The notes: generated by a model not told the origin, from the letters alone. Shown: positions 1 to 12,328, counted from the first letter of the whole stretch. The stretch: DNA of 63,346 bases, filler included, from Rhabdomonas costata (GCA_019059605.1; 53 parts of 53 records of this genome joined end to end with filler, not necessarily neighbours in it); one strand, 5' to 3'. Program-made: numbers and translations.

Positions 1-352
1 CCCCGTTCAGCAGCAGGTAGCACGTCTCCATGTAATCCGACTTCTCCGCCAGCTGCTCAATGGGGTACCCACGGTGCAGCAGAATCCCGTTGTCCCCGTC
101 GATGTACGTGATCCGGGACTCGCAGCTCCCCGTCGACGTGAACCCAGGGTCGTACGTGAAGTACCCCGTCTGCCCGTACAGCTTCCGGATGTCAATCACG
201 TCGGGCCCAATCGTGCCCACCATCCGAGGGAAGTTGTACGACTTCCCCGTGGCGTTGTCCGTCAGCACGAAACCCTTGGAGGCCTCCGCGTAGCCACGCC
301 GCGACGACACCGCCCGACCCACAGTCTGGGCAGCCTTGCGAACACCTTGCAT
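1..352 (-). CDS. gltA: Citrate synthase, proteobacterial (type II, GltA-like), N-terminal 117 codons with mitochondrial-like presequence; 3' truncated
   Basis: Manual translation from ATG 352 (frame not in the ORF track): [117 protein letters not shown]. The [35 protein letters not shown] block is the GltA N-terminal signature. Confidence 0.95.
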   Translation of the reverse strand, partial: MQGVRKAAQTVGRAVSSRRGYAEASKGFVLTDNATGKSYNFPRMVGTIGPDVIDIRKLYGQTGYFTYDPGFTSTGSCESRITYIDGDNGILLHRGYPIEQLAEKSDYMETCYLLLNG

Positions 353-1098
353 TGTGCCGGGGAATGAGGTGAGAAAGAATGAGCCCTCCTGAGTGGAATT
401 GAGGCAAATTTTTTGTTCACTGAGGATGGGCGCTTTGACGAAATATCTCGCGCTGAAATAGAACGCTTATCTGCACTGCCAGGAGCCGGCCAAGGATGGG
501 AGGGATGCGTCTCACTTATCCACTATGTGCCTCGCTGTGTGGTACATTGGCCTCGCGTGCTACAGTCCGCACATAGACAAAGAAAATAGTGCAAAAGAAT
601 GCACGACATGAAGTCGCAGTTCACATTTGCGTAGGTAAAGTACTTTGACAGGTAAAACGTGTGACTGCTCTCGGGGTATCTGGATGAGCTGCATCTGCGG
701 AATGTCGTTCGCTAAATATGGAATTGCAACTCCTCTGAGAATACCTGAAAAGCAGTCAAAGCAAAGACCACATCTTAAGCTCAGGACTGCAGGGACAATC
801 CACTGCCCGTAAAGTCGGGCCTTCAACTCCGACGTTCAGCAGCAGTTGCTTGCAAAAAAAATATGCGCATACCTCGCCCATTGATCAGTGGTGGGTCACA
901 CCACATTTCAGCCCACTCCACAGCTCCTCACAAAGAAAAAGACACCGTTTATGGGAGCCAATTGGACGGATTGAAAGTTTCACACCAACGCAGAAAATCC
1001 GAATTCTCACCACGTAGCATCAATCCGTTACATTCCAATTCCGTTCGTTTTCTTCACAACCGCTGCTCCCTATTTTCTTCTCTCCTTCCCCACCAACA

Positions 1099-1198
1099 NN
1101 NNNNNNNNNNNNNNNNNNNNNNNNNNNNNNNNNNNNNNNNNNTTAATTAATTAANNNNNNNNNNNNNNNNNNNNNNNNNNNNNNNNNNNNNNNNNNNN
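1099..1198. other. Artificial contig-joining spacer N44-TTAATTAATTAA-N44 (first of about 52, recurring roughly every 1.2 kb)
   Basis: Same 100-nt linker, with stops in all six frames, between contigs of near-identical length (about 1097 nt). Confidence 0.99.
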
Positions 1199-1344
1199 TG
1201 TTTGTGTGCTTCTCTTCACTCCCCTGCGCTCCTTCCCACCTGCGTGGTCTGATCGCCGTGGTCGCTCGCCTCCCTCGTCTCCACTGCCCTTTCCGGGTCG
1301 TCGCTTCCCTTCCCATCCTCCTCAGGTCCTGCTCACCGCTTGCC

Positions 1345-1555
1345 GTCGCTTGGTTTCCACGGCATCTGACCCACCTCTGCTTCACTTGCCAGCCATTTCT
1401 GCCGCTGTAACTTTTCGGCTCCCAATGCTGTCGCCTCCACCGCTGTTCTCCTTTCTCTCTCTTGCTCCTGCTACCATATTCACTGCGCCCCCATTCATGC
1501 CCGTAGTGATCTCCATGGTTTCCCACTGTCGCTTTCTCCACTCTTTCCGTTTCTC
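1345..1555 (+). repeat. Dispersed repeat family B, copy 1
   Basis: Colinear with the reverse complement of 25882-26097, e.g. TTTCCACGGCATC(T/G)GACCCACCT and TCCCACTGTCGCTTTCTCC(A/G)CTCTTTCCGT. Confidence 0.85.
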
Positions 1556-1866
1556 CAACCATTCCCATTCCTCCCTGACTCGGGTCTCCTCCTCACTTCT
1601 GGGGCTCTCTCCGCTCTGCTTGCCATTCCTCTCCCCCGGGCACTTCAGGCGTCGGGCGTCATTCATCGGGGGTGGTGCATAGCGTCTGTCTCGCTCTGGG
1701 TTCTACTGGGCCCTGCCCTCACGAATGGGCGTCGTTTGGGCAGTCTCTGTTTGATGCTTGGATACTTGGGTTCTCGGATCTGGCGTCGATAGGGGAGACT
1801 TGTCGGGGCCTCCCTTCTCCGCCAGGTTTTCCCTTTTACGTCCCCAGGGATGGCTTGCGTCGCTGT

Positions 1867-1879
1867 CGCGCGCGCACGC

Positions 1880-1940
<61 letters not shown>
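1867..1940. repeat. Compound (CG)n/(CGCA)n/(CA)n microsatellite
   Basis: Directly visible. Confidence 0.97.
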
Positions 1941-1941
<1 letters not shown>

Positions 1942-1942
<1 letters not shown>

Positions 1943-2070
1943 GAGCTGGTGTGAAGGGAGAACATTGGTATGGATACTGTCAGGCACCGAGGTCGGCTCG
2001 AATCCATATCATGGTCAAACACGCTGGTGTCGATTAGGCGATAGGATGAAGGCAACTCTGGTCCAACCCC
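1942..2070. repeat. Dispersed repeat family C (SINE-like), copy 1
   Basis: Colinear with 15325-15453 (TGTCAGGCACCGA, GGCTCGAATCCA, AAGGCAAC). Both copies abut a CA-repeat tract. Confidence 0.8.
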
Positions 2071-5000
2071 CCCAACCCCCTTGTGGAACATAGGGGGGGG
2101 GGGGCGAAGCTGCAACTGGCAAAAGCAGAATGCGTGTGAAAAAAACGCACCTTCCTCACGGTCATCCTTGCCTGCCTCGTCCTGAGCGGCAGCCTCGCTC
2201 TCCAGCCGGAAAAGCACAAAGTCCAGAAACACCTGCGCGGGCCCACAGTCAGCAGCAGCAAGAAAAAGTAACAACCACACACCAAACACACCCACCACNN
2301 NNNNNNNNNNNNNNNNNNNNNNNNNNNNNNNNNNNNNNNNNNTTAATTAATTAANNNNNNNNNNNNNNNNNNNNNNNNNNNNNNNNNNNNNNNNNNNNTT
2401 GTTTTTGTATGGGGTGGGGGCAAGTGTACCTGAGATTCCAGAAGAGACTTTCGCAGGGGTGAAGAAGTGAAGCACATGGCCCTTGGCTTGTGCAGTTAGG
2501 TGTCCCGATGCAATGTCACTGGTTTTCCAATAAACCTCATTCAGAGGTTTATGAGGCTATGCGATTGGGATGTTCAGGAGGTCCGCGACCCATGCTATCG
2601 ACGTTATCGATGTTATGTTTTCTTACCTCCCATAAGGAAATCCCCTGGGAGGGAGCAAAAAAACGCTTTCGATCTTTCTCTTTTCGTGTTCTAACCTAGA
2701 TATTAGATCAGCGCGGACGGGGTCTGTAAGCCCATTTTGGTCATCTCGGTGGTTGGGTGTTGCACGTTCGACGCAGGACATGCGTCATGAGCCAACCTGT
2801 GGCACCACTTGCAAGTCCGATGGTTGGAGCCCATCTCAGACTCCTGGCCCTGACCTTAGGGCGGAGTCCCCCGAGAGTACCCGTACGAGCCCCGCAACGC
2901 AGAGTCGCTCGGCATCGCCTGAAAAGGTTGACTCAGCGCTGTCTGCTGAGTCAAACGTGCTCTTGCCGACGCGCCTGCCTCTCGAGGAAGAGGGCTCTGT
3001 CGAGAACACAGCGAGAGATTCCTCGACAACGCCTGCGGAAACATTGAGCTCAGCGCAATCCGCCGCCGTCACCACGCCGCATTCTGACCATCAAGGTCTC
3101 CTCAAGTGATTCTTGTCGCTCTGAAAGTGGGAACAAGAATGCGAGAGAGAATGCTAGAGAGAACGGATACTCTACCATAGCGTGAGCGATGGGGGCACGG
3201 GTTTTCCGACTCAGCATCGAATACAGCTATTGTACCCTGACGTGCAGTGATGATGGCGTCTCTGGGTCCACAGTTCTGTCTTTCAGTTTTATGCCGGTCC
3301 TGAAAAAATGCTCTCGCAAGCCCCTCTGCCATACCCTTGCATGACGCTTTGCTTGATTTGTTTGCGAGGTTTGGTTACAACACGTCTCTAGTCCGCTGAT
3401 GCCCTGCTTCAATTCCGACAGTTCAGTGTGTCACACATTCATGTGAATTTGTCTTTTTTTGTGAAGTCAAGTAGCGAACGAGCCAACCACCACCCNNNNN
3501 NNNNNNNNNNNNNNNNNNNNNNNNNNNNNNNNNNNNNNNTTAATTAATTAANNNNNNNNNNNNNNNNNNNNNNNNNNNNNNNNNNNNNNNNNNNNTTTTG
3601 TGAGCTTTCAAGGCAGCAATCAACACCTGCGGCGGTGGAACGATGCTGATGTTGCTTTCTTCTTGTGCGGTTTGGGTGACGCCGGCTGCAGTGGTACTAC
3701 GAGCACAAAGAGGTCGCTCTGAGCGAGATGGGGGAGGGAACTGACTTATGCGAGCTTGGGAAGTTGATCCGGGAGCTGACGGAGAAGCCCGAGCGAAGGG
3801 TCGACTTCGACTTCCCTCAGACGACTTACTGGTCGAACGTGACCCAGCAGAGCCTTTCAGAGCTCTCCACACAGGTGGGAGCAGGGCCGTGTGTGGGTTG
3901 CCCAAAGCTGAGCGCACTTGGGTGTCTTTCCTGCCCTGTAAGTCCTAGAGTACCATTTCATTCTGCGGAAAGAGTTTTGGTGGGACGGGATTGACCTGTT
4001 TCTCATTTGGTACCCTGCATTAGCTACGGAAGGACCCTCCGAGTAATACCGCTGTCATTCATATCGCTGATGGGGGCTTCACCCCATTTCCCGAGTTTTC
4101 ATACGTTCTCTGTGACCGGGTTCACTAAGGATTGCAGAAATCTTGTCCCGTGAAGGGCGACTTAGTCACTCGCAGAGTGGATGTTGATGCCCGATTGGCT
4201 GGGATGATGTTTCGCTTCCCCTCAATAATCGGCACGTTGTGCGGGTTCATGCATCCATACCGTGCTAGATAACCCCGTGAGCATTGCGTTGCCCACACCC
4301 AAGAGGGAAGGGCAGCTGCAGAGGACAGGGTAACGCCTCGCAGTTGTCGCAGTTGGCAGCCCAATAATAATAGTAATGGTTAGCAGTTCCGTTTGCCGTT
4401 CTAGAAGAGGCGCAACCAGAGGGTAAACATTTATCAACATTTAACTTGCAACAAAACAGCTCAGTGCAGGCGAGGTGGGGTGCGAGTGACCAAAGAAGCG
4501 GGGTACGGCCACACGATACCCAAGGAAACAGTGTGTCATCGTGCACCCAAGCACCATGGAGGGTCCGCGCCAGGTGCTACCACGGAGGAACGCTGGGCCT
4601 ACTGCAAAGTGCATCGACCCAATACAAGACCAGTGGGAAGGCCGCTGGTGTTGGCAGATGGCACTGCCTGGACACATGTGCCACACCAAAACNNNNNNNN
4701 NNNNNNNNNNNNNNNNNNNNNNNNNNNNNNNNNNNNTTAATTAATTAANNNNNNNNNNNNNNNNNNNNNNNNNNNNNNNNNNNNNNNNNNNNCCATCCTG
4801 TTGTTAGGTGGTGTGTCCTACCACTGACTGAGGCCATGAAGCATAGCCCTACGCTAAGGGTTACAACATGGCTCACCTCAGCCCAACCCTACATCAGGTG
4901 GTAACTTAGGTCCTGAGCTCCTACACACACAACATACCCTAGGTTCAACATGGGGCTACCATATCTACTACTATGATACATACGCGTGTGATTCACCGTA

Positions 5001-5681
5001 TGACCTAAGCGCACCCTACCGTAGTGAGTGGTGGCCTCATCCGTGGTTTACCAGCGTGCGTTGCCAGGCGTACCTGATCGACCCGTTCAGTCCAGCGCGG
5101 TCACCTCAACTTCGCATGCGGAACCTCTTCTACGCATGGTACTGGGGCCTGAGCTGCTGTCTGTGATCTATGCACTCGGATGGATGTAAGTGTATTTGGT
5201 GGCTAGACAATCACTCCTCTCGTGGAGGTATTTGCGACGATGAGACCCAAAGCAGAAGGAAGTCATGGACACGGAAGGCACACACAACGCAAGAGACCGG
5301 AGAGATGGTAAAGGCATGGTTGATAGAGACACGAACCGTAAACCCAAGGCATACACGCGAACCCATGAAATCCTCAACTCGCAGACACAAACGCATACAC
5401 CCCCAACCCATACCCTCACGAACCCTGACCCACGAACCCGCTACGCCGACAGACCCAAAGCTAACCGAACCGCTTGACAACCCACGAACCCACACTCAAC
5501 AAGAAACCAGTGAAATTGGGAAAGTGCCTACTAAATCCGTTCATCACTACGTCCCTGGAATAGGCGTTCCACCCCCTAAACCACGGTGATACTTCCGGCT
5601 GGTTTTGGGGTCTCCAGTTCCCTCTGCTCATGATCAGGTTCACCTAACCATACCTTATTTCGCCTTCTCCATGCACGGAAC

Positions 5682-5790
5682 CCCGAATGCCGAATGCCGA
5701 AACCGAATGCCGAAACCCGAACCCAGAAACCCAAAGGCCGAAACCCAAAACCAAATACCGACCCGGAATTCAAAACCCGAAGACCTAACC
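5682..5790. repeat. Degenerate 6-7 bp tandem repeat (CCGAATG/CCGAAAC/CCCGAA)
   Basis: CCGAATGCCGAATGCCGAAACCGAATGCCGAAACCCGAACCCAGAAACCC... Confidence 0.7.
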
Positions 5791-5992
5791 CCCTGAGGAA
5801 TTCTGAGGGTAGGGGTGCACCCCCGGGTAAGGAAATCTAGGTCCCCCTAAAGGTCGATGGAGGGGTGGACGTGAGGTGGGATGGGGGGTGCANNNNNNNN
5901 NNNNNNNNNNNNNNNNNNNNNNNNNNNNNNNNNNNNTTAATTAATTAANNNNNNNNNNNNNNNNNNNNNNNNNNNNNNNNNNNNNNNNNNNN

Positions 5993-6844
5993 CACCGCCA
6001 CAGAGCCGTCTGGCCGCCACTGCAGGTACCGGGACACCCCACGCCCGTGTTCACCGGGATACTTAGTCCCTTGCAACACAAAACCGGACCCGGTGAGTGA
6101 GAAGCGGTCCAGCCAGTCGAACCCGGGAAGGCTTCGCCCCCGAAGCTGCCACCGCGCGGAGCCATCCCAGCCCCGTAACACGGCAACGTTGCCACTACCC
6201 TCTCGCTCTGCCAAAACCAGAACACCCTCGGCGGTCCAAGAGCAGCTCAGAAAGTTCAGCTCAGGCTCCAGCACCCACAGATCCTGTGGCACGGCACCCC
6301 CTTTCAAGGGCAGGGGAAGCCGAACAAACCGCCAGACCTCTTGAAGGTCATGGGGCATGCCCTCTCGAGGGGTCTCCTTCTGCACAAGGTAGAGGTGCTT
6401 GCTGTCTGGGCCCATTTGGACTGGCCCTGCAACAGTCACGCCACCAGCCCACCTGTCCTGGCAAGGCAGCTGCACGGTAACAAGCAGGTCGTCTTCGGAT
6501 ATGAACAGCGTGGACTGTGCGGCTACGATTCTGGCGAACGCTGGGGTCAAGAACTCCAGCACCAGCTCAAAGATGAGCACAGGAAACCGAAGGCGCCTCA
6601 GGAGCATTCGGCAGAGGACCGGGGAGGCACTGGGCCGGGTCCAGGATAAGGTAATGCCTCCGGTGCGGACAACAGGCTCAGCCCATGCCCAGCTCACACC
6701 CAGGGCACTCTCCCTGAACTCCGTGCCATCTGCGAGCACAAAGTGCCGGGCTCCGCTGCGGGAGTGCTTGATCGCGATGACGCGCAAAAATGTGGGACCG
6801 CGCTGGCCAACGGGCAGCCGGTAGACGTAATCTCCTTCCGACAT
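5993..6844 (-). CDS. Hypothetical protein, 3' truncated; possible F-box-like motif followed by a beta-rich region
   Basis: Stop-free frame of about 284 codons from ATG 6844 (MSEGDYVYRLP...), preceded by a pyrimidine tract. RLRFPVLIFELVLEFL resembles the F-box LPxExxxxIxxFL pattern. Confidence 0.55.
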
Positions 6845-9072
6845 GTGCCGATCACCAAAAGCAGAACAAAAGGCTTTATCAAAAATGCAAAAGTGAGAGT
6901 GAGGAAAGCAAACTTGGGCCCCGGGGTCGCAATCAGAGCCGGGTTGCAGAAGAGTTGTGCCGTTGTGAACTTGGGGGCGACGACTTTGCACCAGCAAGTG
7001 CGCAACTTGCGCGGTTGGAAATGGAAACTCTCTGCAGCGGCTGCTGAAGCAAAAAAATGCTGATTCGGAAATGCCTCGAAGAAAACGGTNNNNNNNNNNN
7101 NNNNNNNNNNNNNNNNNNNNNNNNNNNNNNNNNTTAATTAATTAANNNNNNNNNNNNNNNNNNNNNNNNNNNNNNNNNNNNNNNNNNNNAGTGCCGGGTT
7201 TCCTTATGGAGTTCGACAATTATTTCCATGTGGGACTCATGGAGTTCGAGGCCGGCTATTGCGTATGTTCTGACGATATGGCATCGGTCCACCACACATC
7301 AGGAGGCGTGTTGTCGTGGTCCAGTTTTAGGGAATAAGGGTTGTAGTGCCATTTCCCGCCCGTTCAGGCGCATGCTTTTTTTTTTACGTCTTGCTTGCGT
7401 GGTGGTCAGCATGTGTTTCATTTCATGTTCCGAAACGTCCGTGTGATGTCTAAATGGTGCTCACGCAAGTCCCCGAAAATGCTGCTTGGAAGGAAAGTCT
7501 TTGGTGAGGGATTTTGTGGTTTTAGGTTTATCCTTGGTAACCGGAATGTTTTATTATCTCTGTGGACATTGCATGGGGGGGGGGGCGTTAAACGTTTAAC
7601 GGTGTTGAACCTTTAGCGCCCCCCGGAAAAGAAGCCTCTAATATAGTGCACAATACCTCAGCCCATAATCTGTGGGGGCGTGACAGTGCCGTCCCCCACC
7701 CCACATCACGCCCTCGGATCGCAGCTTCACTCGTTTCCGCCCAAACTGAAGCGTGTCCAAGTGATGAGAGAAGTACCCTTTCGCTGTGGACACCGAGATT
7801 TCAACCACTTTTGGATGCATGGGTTTTGTGGCAAAAGCGCGAAACCTTTTTAACTTTAGATTGGTTTTTTGGGAGAAAAGTTGCCTTCACGGATGTGTGC
7901 ACCCATCCGAACAGCTGTGTATACAAAGAGAGTTTACAAGAACGTTTTGAAAATGCTTTGTTGACTCTTAGGGCCACTTGCGGATCGTATGGTCTCAAAA
8001 AGCCAGGGTTGAAGCGCATAAAAGGTAAAATGAGGCATTCACGGGTCTTGGAGTTCCTTCCCGGTGAAGCCACGGCTGCGGGGTGGGTGAAATAGACGTG
8101 TCCATGGCGATGTTTTCTCAAGAAGGTAAAATTCACCTATATAAAGTGTCCGCAAACGAGGGTGGAAGGGCGTTGCTGACAGACCCCTCAGAACGTATGC
8201 GCACGCTAACAAAAAAAACGTGCAGGTTTCCCTTTGGGATCTGCTTCCCACTGCACAACGTGTGTCGGGCAATCACCCCAAAAACCNNNNNNNNNNNNNN
8301 NNNNNNNNNNNNNNNNNNNNNNNNNNNNNNTTAATTAATTAANNNNNNNNNNNNNNNNNNNNNNNNNNNNNNNNNNNNNNNNNNNNGTTTTGGGGTGCAA
8401 AGCGCTCCACCCGTTGTTTGTGGGCACCTTCTCAGCACATCTCGATTAAAAACATCGGGAAAGCATCCCTCCTAATATTCCTTTGGAGGTCAGTTCCTTG
8501 CATTCGAAGTCAACCGGCATTAGTGCGGAATGTTCCACGGGCTTTTTCGCTGTGACAGTTCTGATGTGACTCATCAGTGGCAGAGGTCGGCCTGCTCGCA
8601 TTTTCTAACCGCAAAATATGTTCCGCAGGCCCATTCTTTGTGGCAATGAAAAGTCAGTCGGTTGAGTCCTTACCGCCGCCCACTGCCGCTCTTCGTATCG
8701 CCAGAAGCCTTCCCCGTCTTCCCAGGCTTACTGGAACTCCCAGGCTTAGCAGCCGTCCGGCCGGGCTTCGGTGGCACCCCTTTCGGGGCCACGGGAAGCG
8801 GAGCTAAGTAGGGCTCGTCTGCGGGGAGTCTGCTAAACCGAAGGTCAATGAGGCCCAGCTTGGCACGAATGGTGGGATTCTCAAAAGCAGCCGACTGACA
8901 CGCCATGGCCATGGCCCCGGCAGTCTGCAAAGCACGCCCGCCCCCCCACCATAAACCTGGCAAATTCCCAGAAACAAGCGCGAATTAATGGACTACCGAG
9001 ACATGGCCTGGAGTGGTGGAGATGGTGCAGGCCACAGGAGAAGGGCGAGGGGCTTCGCCACTTCAATGCGAT

Positions 9073-9117
9073 GATATATGACAGATATATGACAGATATA
9101 TGACAGATATATGACAG
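9073..9117. repeat. 11-bp tandem repeat (GATATATGACA) x4
   Basis: Directly visible. Confidence 0.9.
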
Positions 9118-10559
9118 CACGACCTTTTTGCAATTGGTAGCTCACAAGTACAACCACAAATGCAAGGCGTTAATGATGCCCAACAAATGTGTGTGTGCGC
9201 GCCTGCTCAGAGCAGGACAAAAGGAACCCTTCGATGCAGATCACATCAAACAAAAAACGGAAGGAGGCCACATATTCAGGAACCAGGAAGAGCACCAGCC
9301 CTGGGGGCATCTGGGTCGAGCCAAACGCCGTCAATCCTGCAAGCACGTACTTCCACTTCCCCGCGCTGCCACCGTAGAAATTCAGCATCTTCTGGATCTG
9401 CGGGTGCGGGGGGCCGTTCAGCCCGCTCTCCATTCCTCGCACAGCAATCCACAGCTGGGTCGCCACCAGCGCCCCAAAACCACNNNNNNNNNNNNNNNNN
9501 NNNNNNNNNNNNNNNNNNNNNNNNNNNTTAATTAATTAANNNNNNNNNNNNNNNNNNNNNNNNNNNNNNNNNNNNNNNNNNNNCACATTCGGGGTGTCGG
9601 GGAAAAATCCGGAGTGGTGATAGCTGGAGGTTCGCTCATTTCTTCCTGGATTCTTTCTGTTGGCTTTTTGGAAAAGATTTCAGAAAACAAAAGAAATAGA
9701 GAAAGTCGAGAAATTTTCTCCAGTCTTGTTCCAAATGCACTTCTGCAGAACTTCTCGTTCCGCTCCTTCTCACAGCGGTGGTTTCACAGTGCAGTGAGGG
9801 CTCACTGCTTGGGGTGACGCTCCAAGGCTCAGTCACGGTTGAAAAGGGGAGCATTCTGCTATCAGAGTGCGCTGTGAAAAGCGGCAAGCACGGGGTCCGC
9901 ATCTGCTCGTATGCGAGCCCTACCATCAAGTCTTGCGAGTGTACCGAGCAGGAGGTCATTGCCCCATTCATTTTCCTGTCTCTCCTTTACAGAGTCGTTC
10001 ACTGTATGTGCGTGAGACATTCTTTCGACCATTCACCACAAGGCCCCAAAAGTCAGTTGAAGACACGTTCGCCTGTTATCTTTTAACCTCACCTTTTTCC
10101 CTTAACATGTATTCATTGACTTTATTTGCTGCGAGATTGCGTGTGAAAAAGTGGTAATGCATTTCTTCCTGTCTCAGGTTTCCGGCATCTACTGCTTTCC
10201 AAATAGTCGTGGAGTGGTGGAGGGCTGCACCTTGACAGGCACCGGTGCGGAAGGCACCGTCGGAATTTTCGCGGATGACTCTGGTACCATCTTCCGCAAA
10301 AACGTAGTCCGCAAGCAGGCATGTGGGCCATGTTGCTTCTGCTTTCGGCTCGCGTATATGAACCCACTCCACCACTTTTGAACAGACAGGAGTCGGCTGG
10401 TTCTGGGCACACTTCAGCTTTTCACAATCCAGCACGACAACTCTGTCACGACTGTGAGCTTCAAGAGCTTCAAGAGTCCGGCGCAACGTAAAGGGCTGGT
10501 GACATCAGACCGTGCCCCCACAAAAGTGGTCTGTCAAGGAAGAGGTCACACGTAAGTAC

Positions 10560-10678
10560 CAAGTCGCACACGCACGAGCCGTCCGTGCCGTTGCACCGCC
10601 CGTGGCCTGAGCAGTTCACGGCGGCGACGCAGTTTTCCTCGCACAGCCCACCGTACCACGGTGCGGCGCACACACACC
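10560..10678 (-). CDS. EGF-like (tenascin-type) repeat exon fragment
   Basis: VCAAPWYGGLCEENCVAAVNCSGHGRCNGTDGSCVCD: CSGHGxC..GxCxC pattern, followed by a possible GT donor. Confidence 0.75.
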
Positions 10679-12165
10679 ACNNNNNNNNNNNNNNNNNNNN
10701 NNNNNNNNNNNNNNNNNNNNNNNNTTAATTAATTAANNNNNNNNNNNNNNNNNNNNNNNNNNNNNNNNNNNNNNNNNNNNTGTGGTGGTTTGAGTTGGAT
10801 GGGAGGGGGGGCTCTCGGTGCGGCAAAGGACTCATGTTCGGTGTTCGGTAATGCCGCATGCTGTGATGGTCCGATGTATGACGGTAAGTATGGTGTTGCT
10901 TATCGGTGAGGTACGCAACGTTGGTGGATGTGAGGGAAGGCTCCACCGAAGGCCACTCCACCGACCAGAACCCCATTGGTCTCAACCTGCTTCCCCATCA
11001 ATCCTTCTGCCGCGGCGGCTCTGACTTGCGTCTCCAAATCTAACTCATGCGCCGCAGAGGTAATCGCGGTCCACCTCCCTCTCCTTCCCCCAATAGAAAA
11101 TGCATCGCGCGGACCGTGGGGATAATTATTAGGGGTGGGATTGGGGAGACCGCGGCACCCCCTCCATTCATCACTGAGCCTATGTCTGTTATCTCAGGCC
11201 GACGGCGCGGTGGGCTGCCGTGGGTGCCGTGGGTGCCGCGGCTGTGGAGGCTGCCGCGGGTGCGGTGGCTGCCACCACCCCAAGGAGAGCGCCGAGGCCA
11301 CGGAGAAGGTGCCTGCCTGCCCTTGAAAAATGTGGGTTCCAACGATTTGCTTGGTTGAAAGCGCGTCGTCCCGTTTGAAGAAGTCAATCCTCTGCACATG
11401 TGCGGGGTGTGTCAACGGCTTTCCACACCTCTGAACATCTGTTCACTTTCCCACCGCAGCTCACTATCTAGCCCCTTGGTCGTCTTGGACGTAAGCGCTT
11501 CGGACGGCTTTCTTTGCTCCACCGGTACTCCCACTCGGGTAGCTCAACAACACCTTTAAGTGGGGTGGTTTAAAAAGTTACCACCCCACTGGGCAGACCT
11601 TGGTATATACCTGGGGTGTTTGTTTAAGTGGTGTTTTAAACTGGTGCATCCCTGGCCTAGAGTGAAGAAGCTATCACTTGAATACGGTCCAAATCCAGGT
11701 GATCAGGGTGCAACCAGCACCTGGAATGCCTGTCACCGCGCCACGTGCTGCAGAAGAACCAGTGCCAAAGCTGTCTTTTGCTTCCCCCCACCCACCCCAC
11801 CTGCTGCATACAGCTATGGTGTTGTTGTGGGGGGCTGTAAGGGCTGCGGAGGCTGCCGAAGCCGCCACCACACAACCNNNNNNNNNNNNNNNNNNNNNNN
11901 NNNNNNNNNNNNNNNNNNNNNTTAATTAATTAANNNNNNNNNNNNNNNNNNNNNNNNNNNNNNNNNNNNNNNNNNNNCAAGCGAGTCACGGTGTGATACC
12001 TACAACCAGAATTATACAAAAATAGTTCCCGGGATGGGCATAACAGCGAATGAGTGAGTCTTTTCTCCATTTTTGGCTGAAGACAACTGCGCGCTAATGT
12101 GCGTGTGCGTCTGGTAGGGCGGCTGGAGGGGCGAATAGCGTGCAGGCAAGCGGGGACAAAGGTAC

Positions 12166-12328
12166 CCTCTTCGGCGAGCATCCTCATCAGCCGGTCGCAG
12201 TTCGACACGTACACCGATGTTGGTGTGTTGCGGTCGCGGATCGTCGTCAGAAGGCATGTGATGGCCCGGGACTCCAGCAGGACTGCGTTGGGGTGAAGCT
12301 TGCAAATCTCCTCCGCCTTCGTAGACAT
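12166..12328 (-). CDS. UPRT: Uracil phosphoribosyltransferase, first exon
   Basis: MSTKAEEICKLHPNAVLLESRAITCLLTTIRDRNTPTSVYVSNCDRLMRMLAEEG matches the eukaryotic UPRT/FUR1 N-terminus (L.TIIRD..T....F....DRL.RLL.EEG). GT donor at 12165. Confidence 0.85.

Noticed and set aside
1143-1154. Regularly spaced TTAATTAATTAA as a CRISPR-like or biological repeat; ORFs ending in X..LIN
   Set aside because: It is an assembly linker flanked by Ns; ORFs running into it are truncation artefacts.
2753-3109. 118-aa Ser/Thr/Pro-rich ORF
   Set aside because: Low complexity, no family motif and no clear splice support.
3248-3303. GTGATGA...CTGA as a box C/D snoRNA
   Set aside because: No convincing terminal stem, and no rRNA-complementary guide that I could identify.
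7646-8286. Frameshifted ORF pair with GEID as a PD-(D/E)XK nuclease
   Set aside because: A single short motif with no downstream ExK; insufficient support.
11559-11590. 11-bp hairpin AGTGGGGTGGT/ACCACCCCACT as a terminator
   Set aside because: Eukaryotic context, no U-tract and no associated gene.
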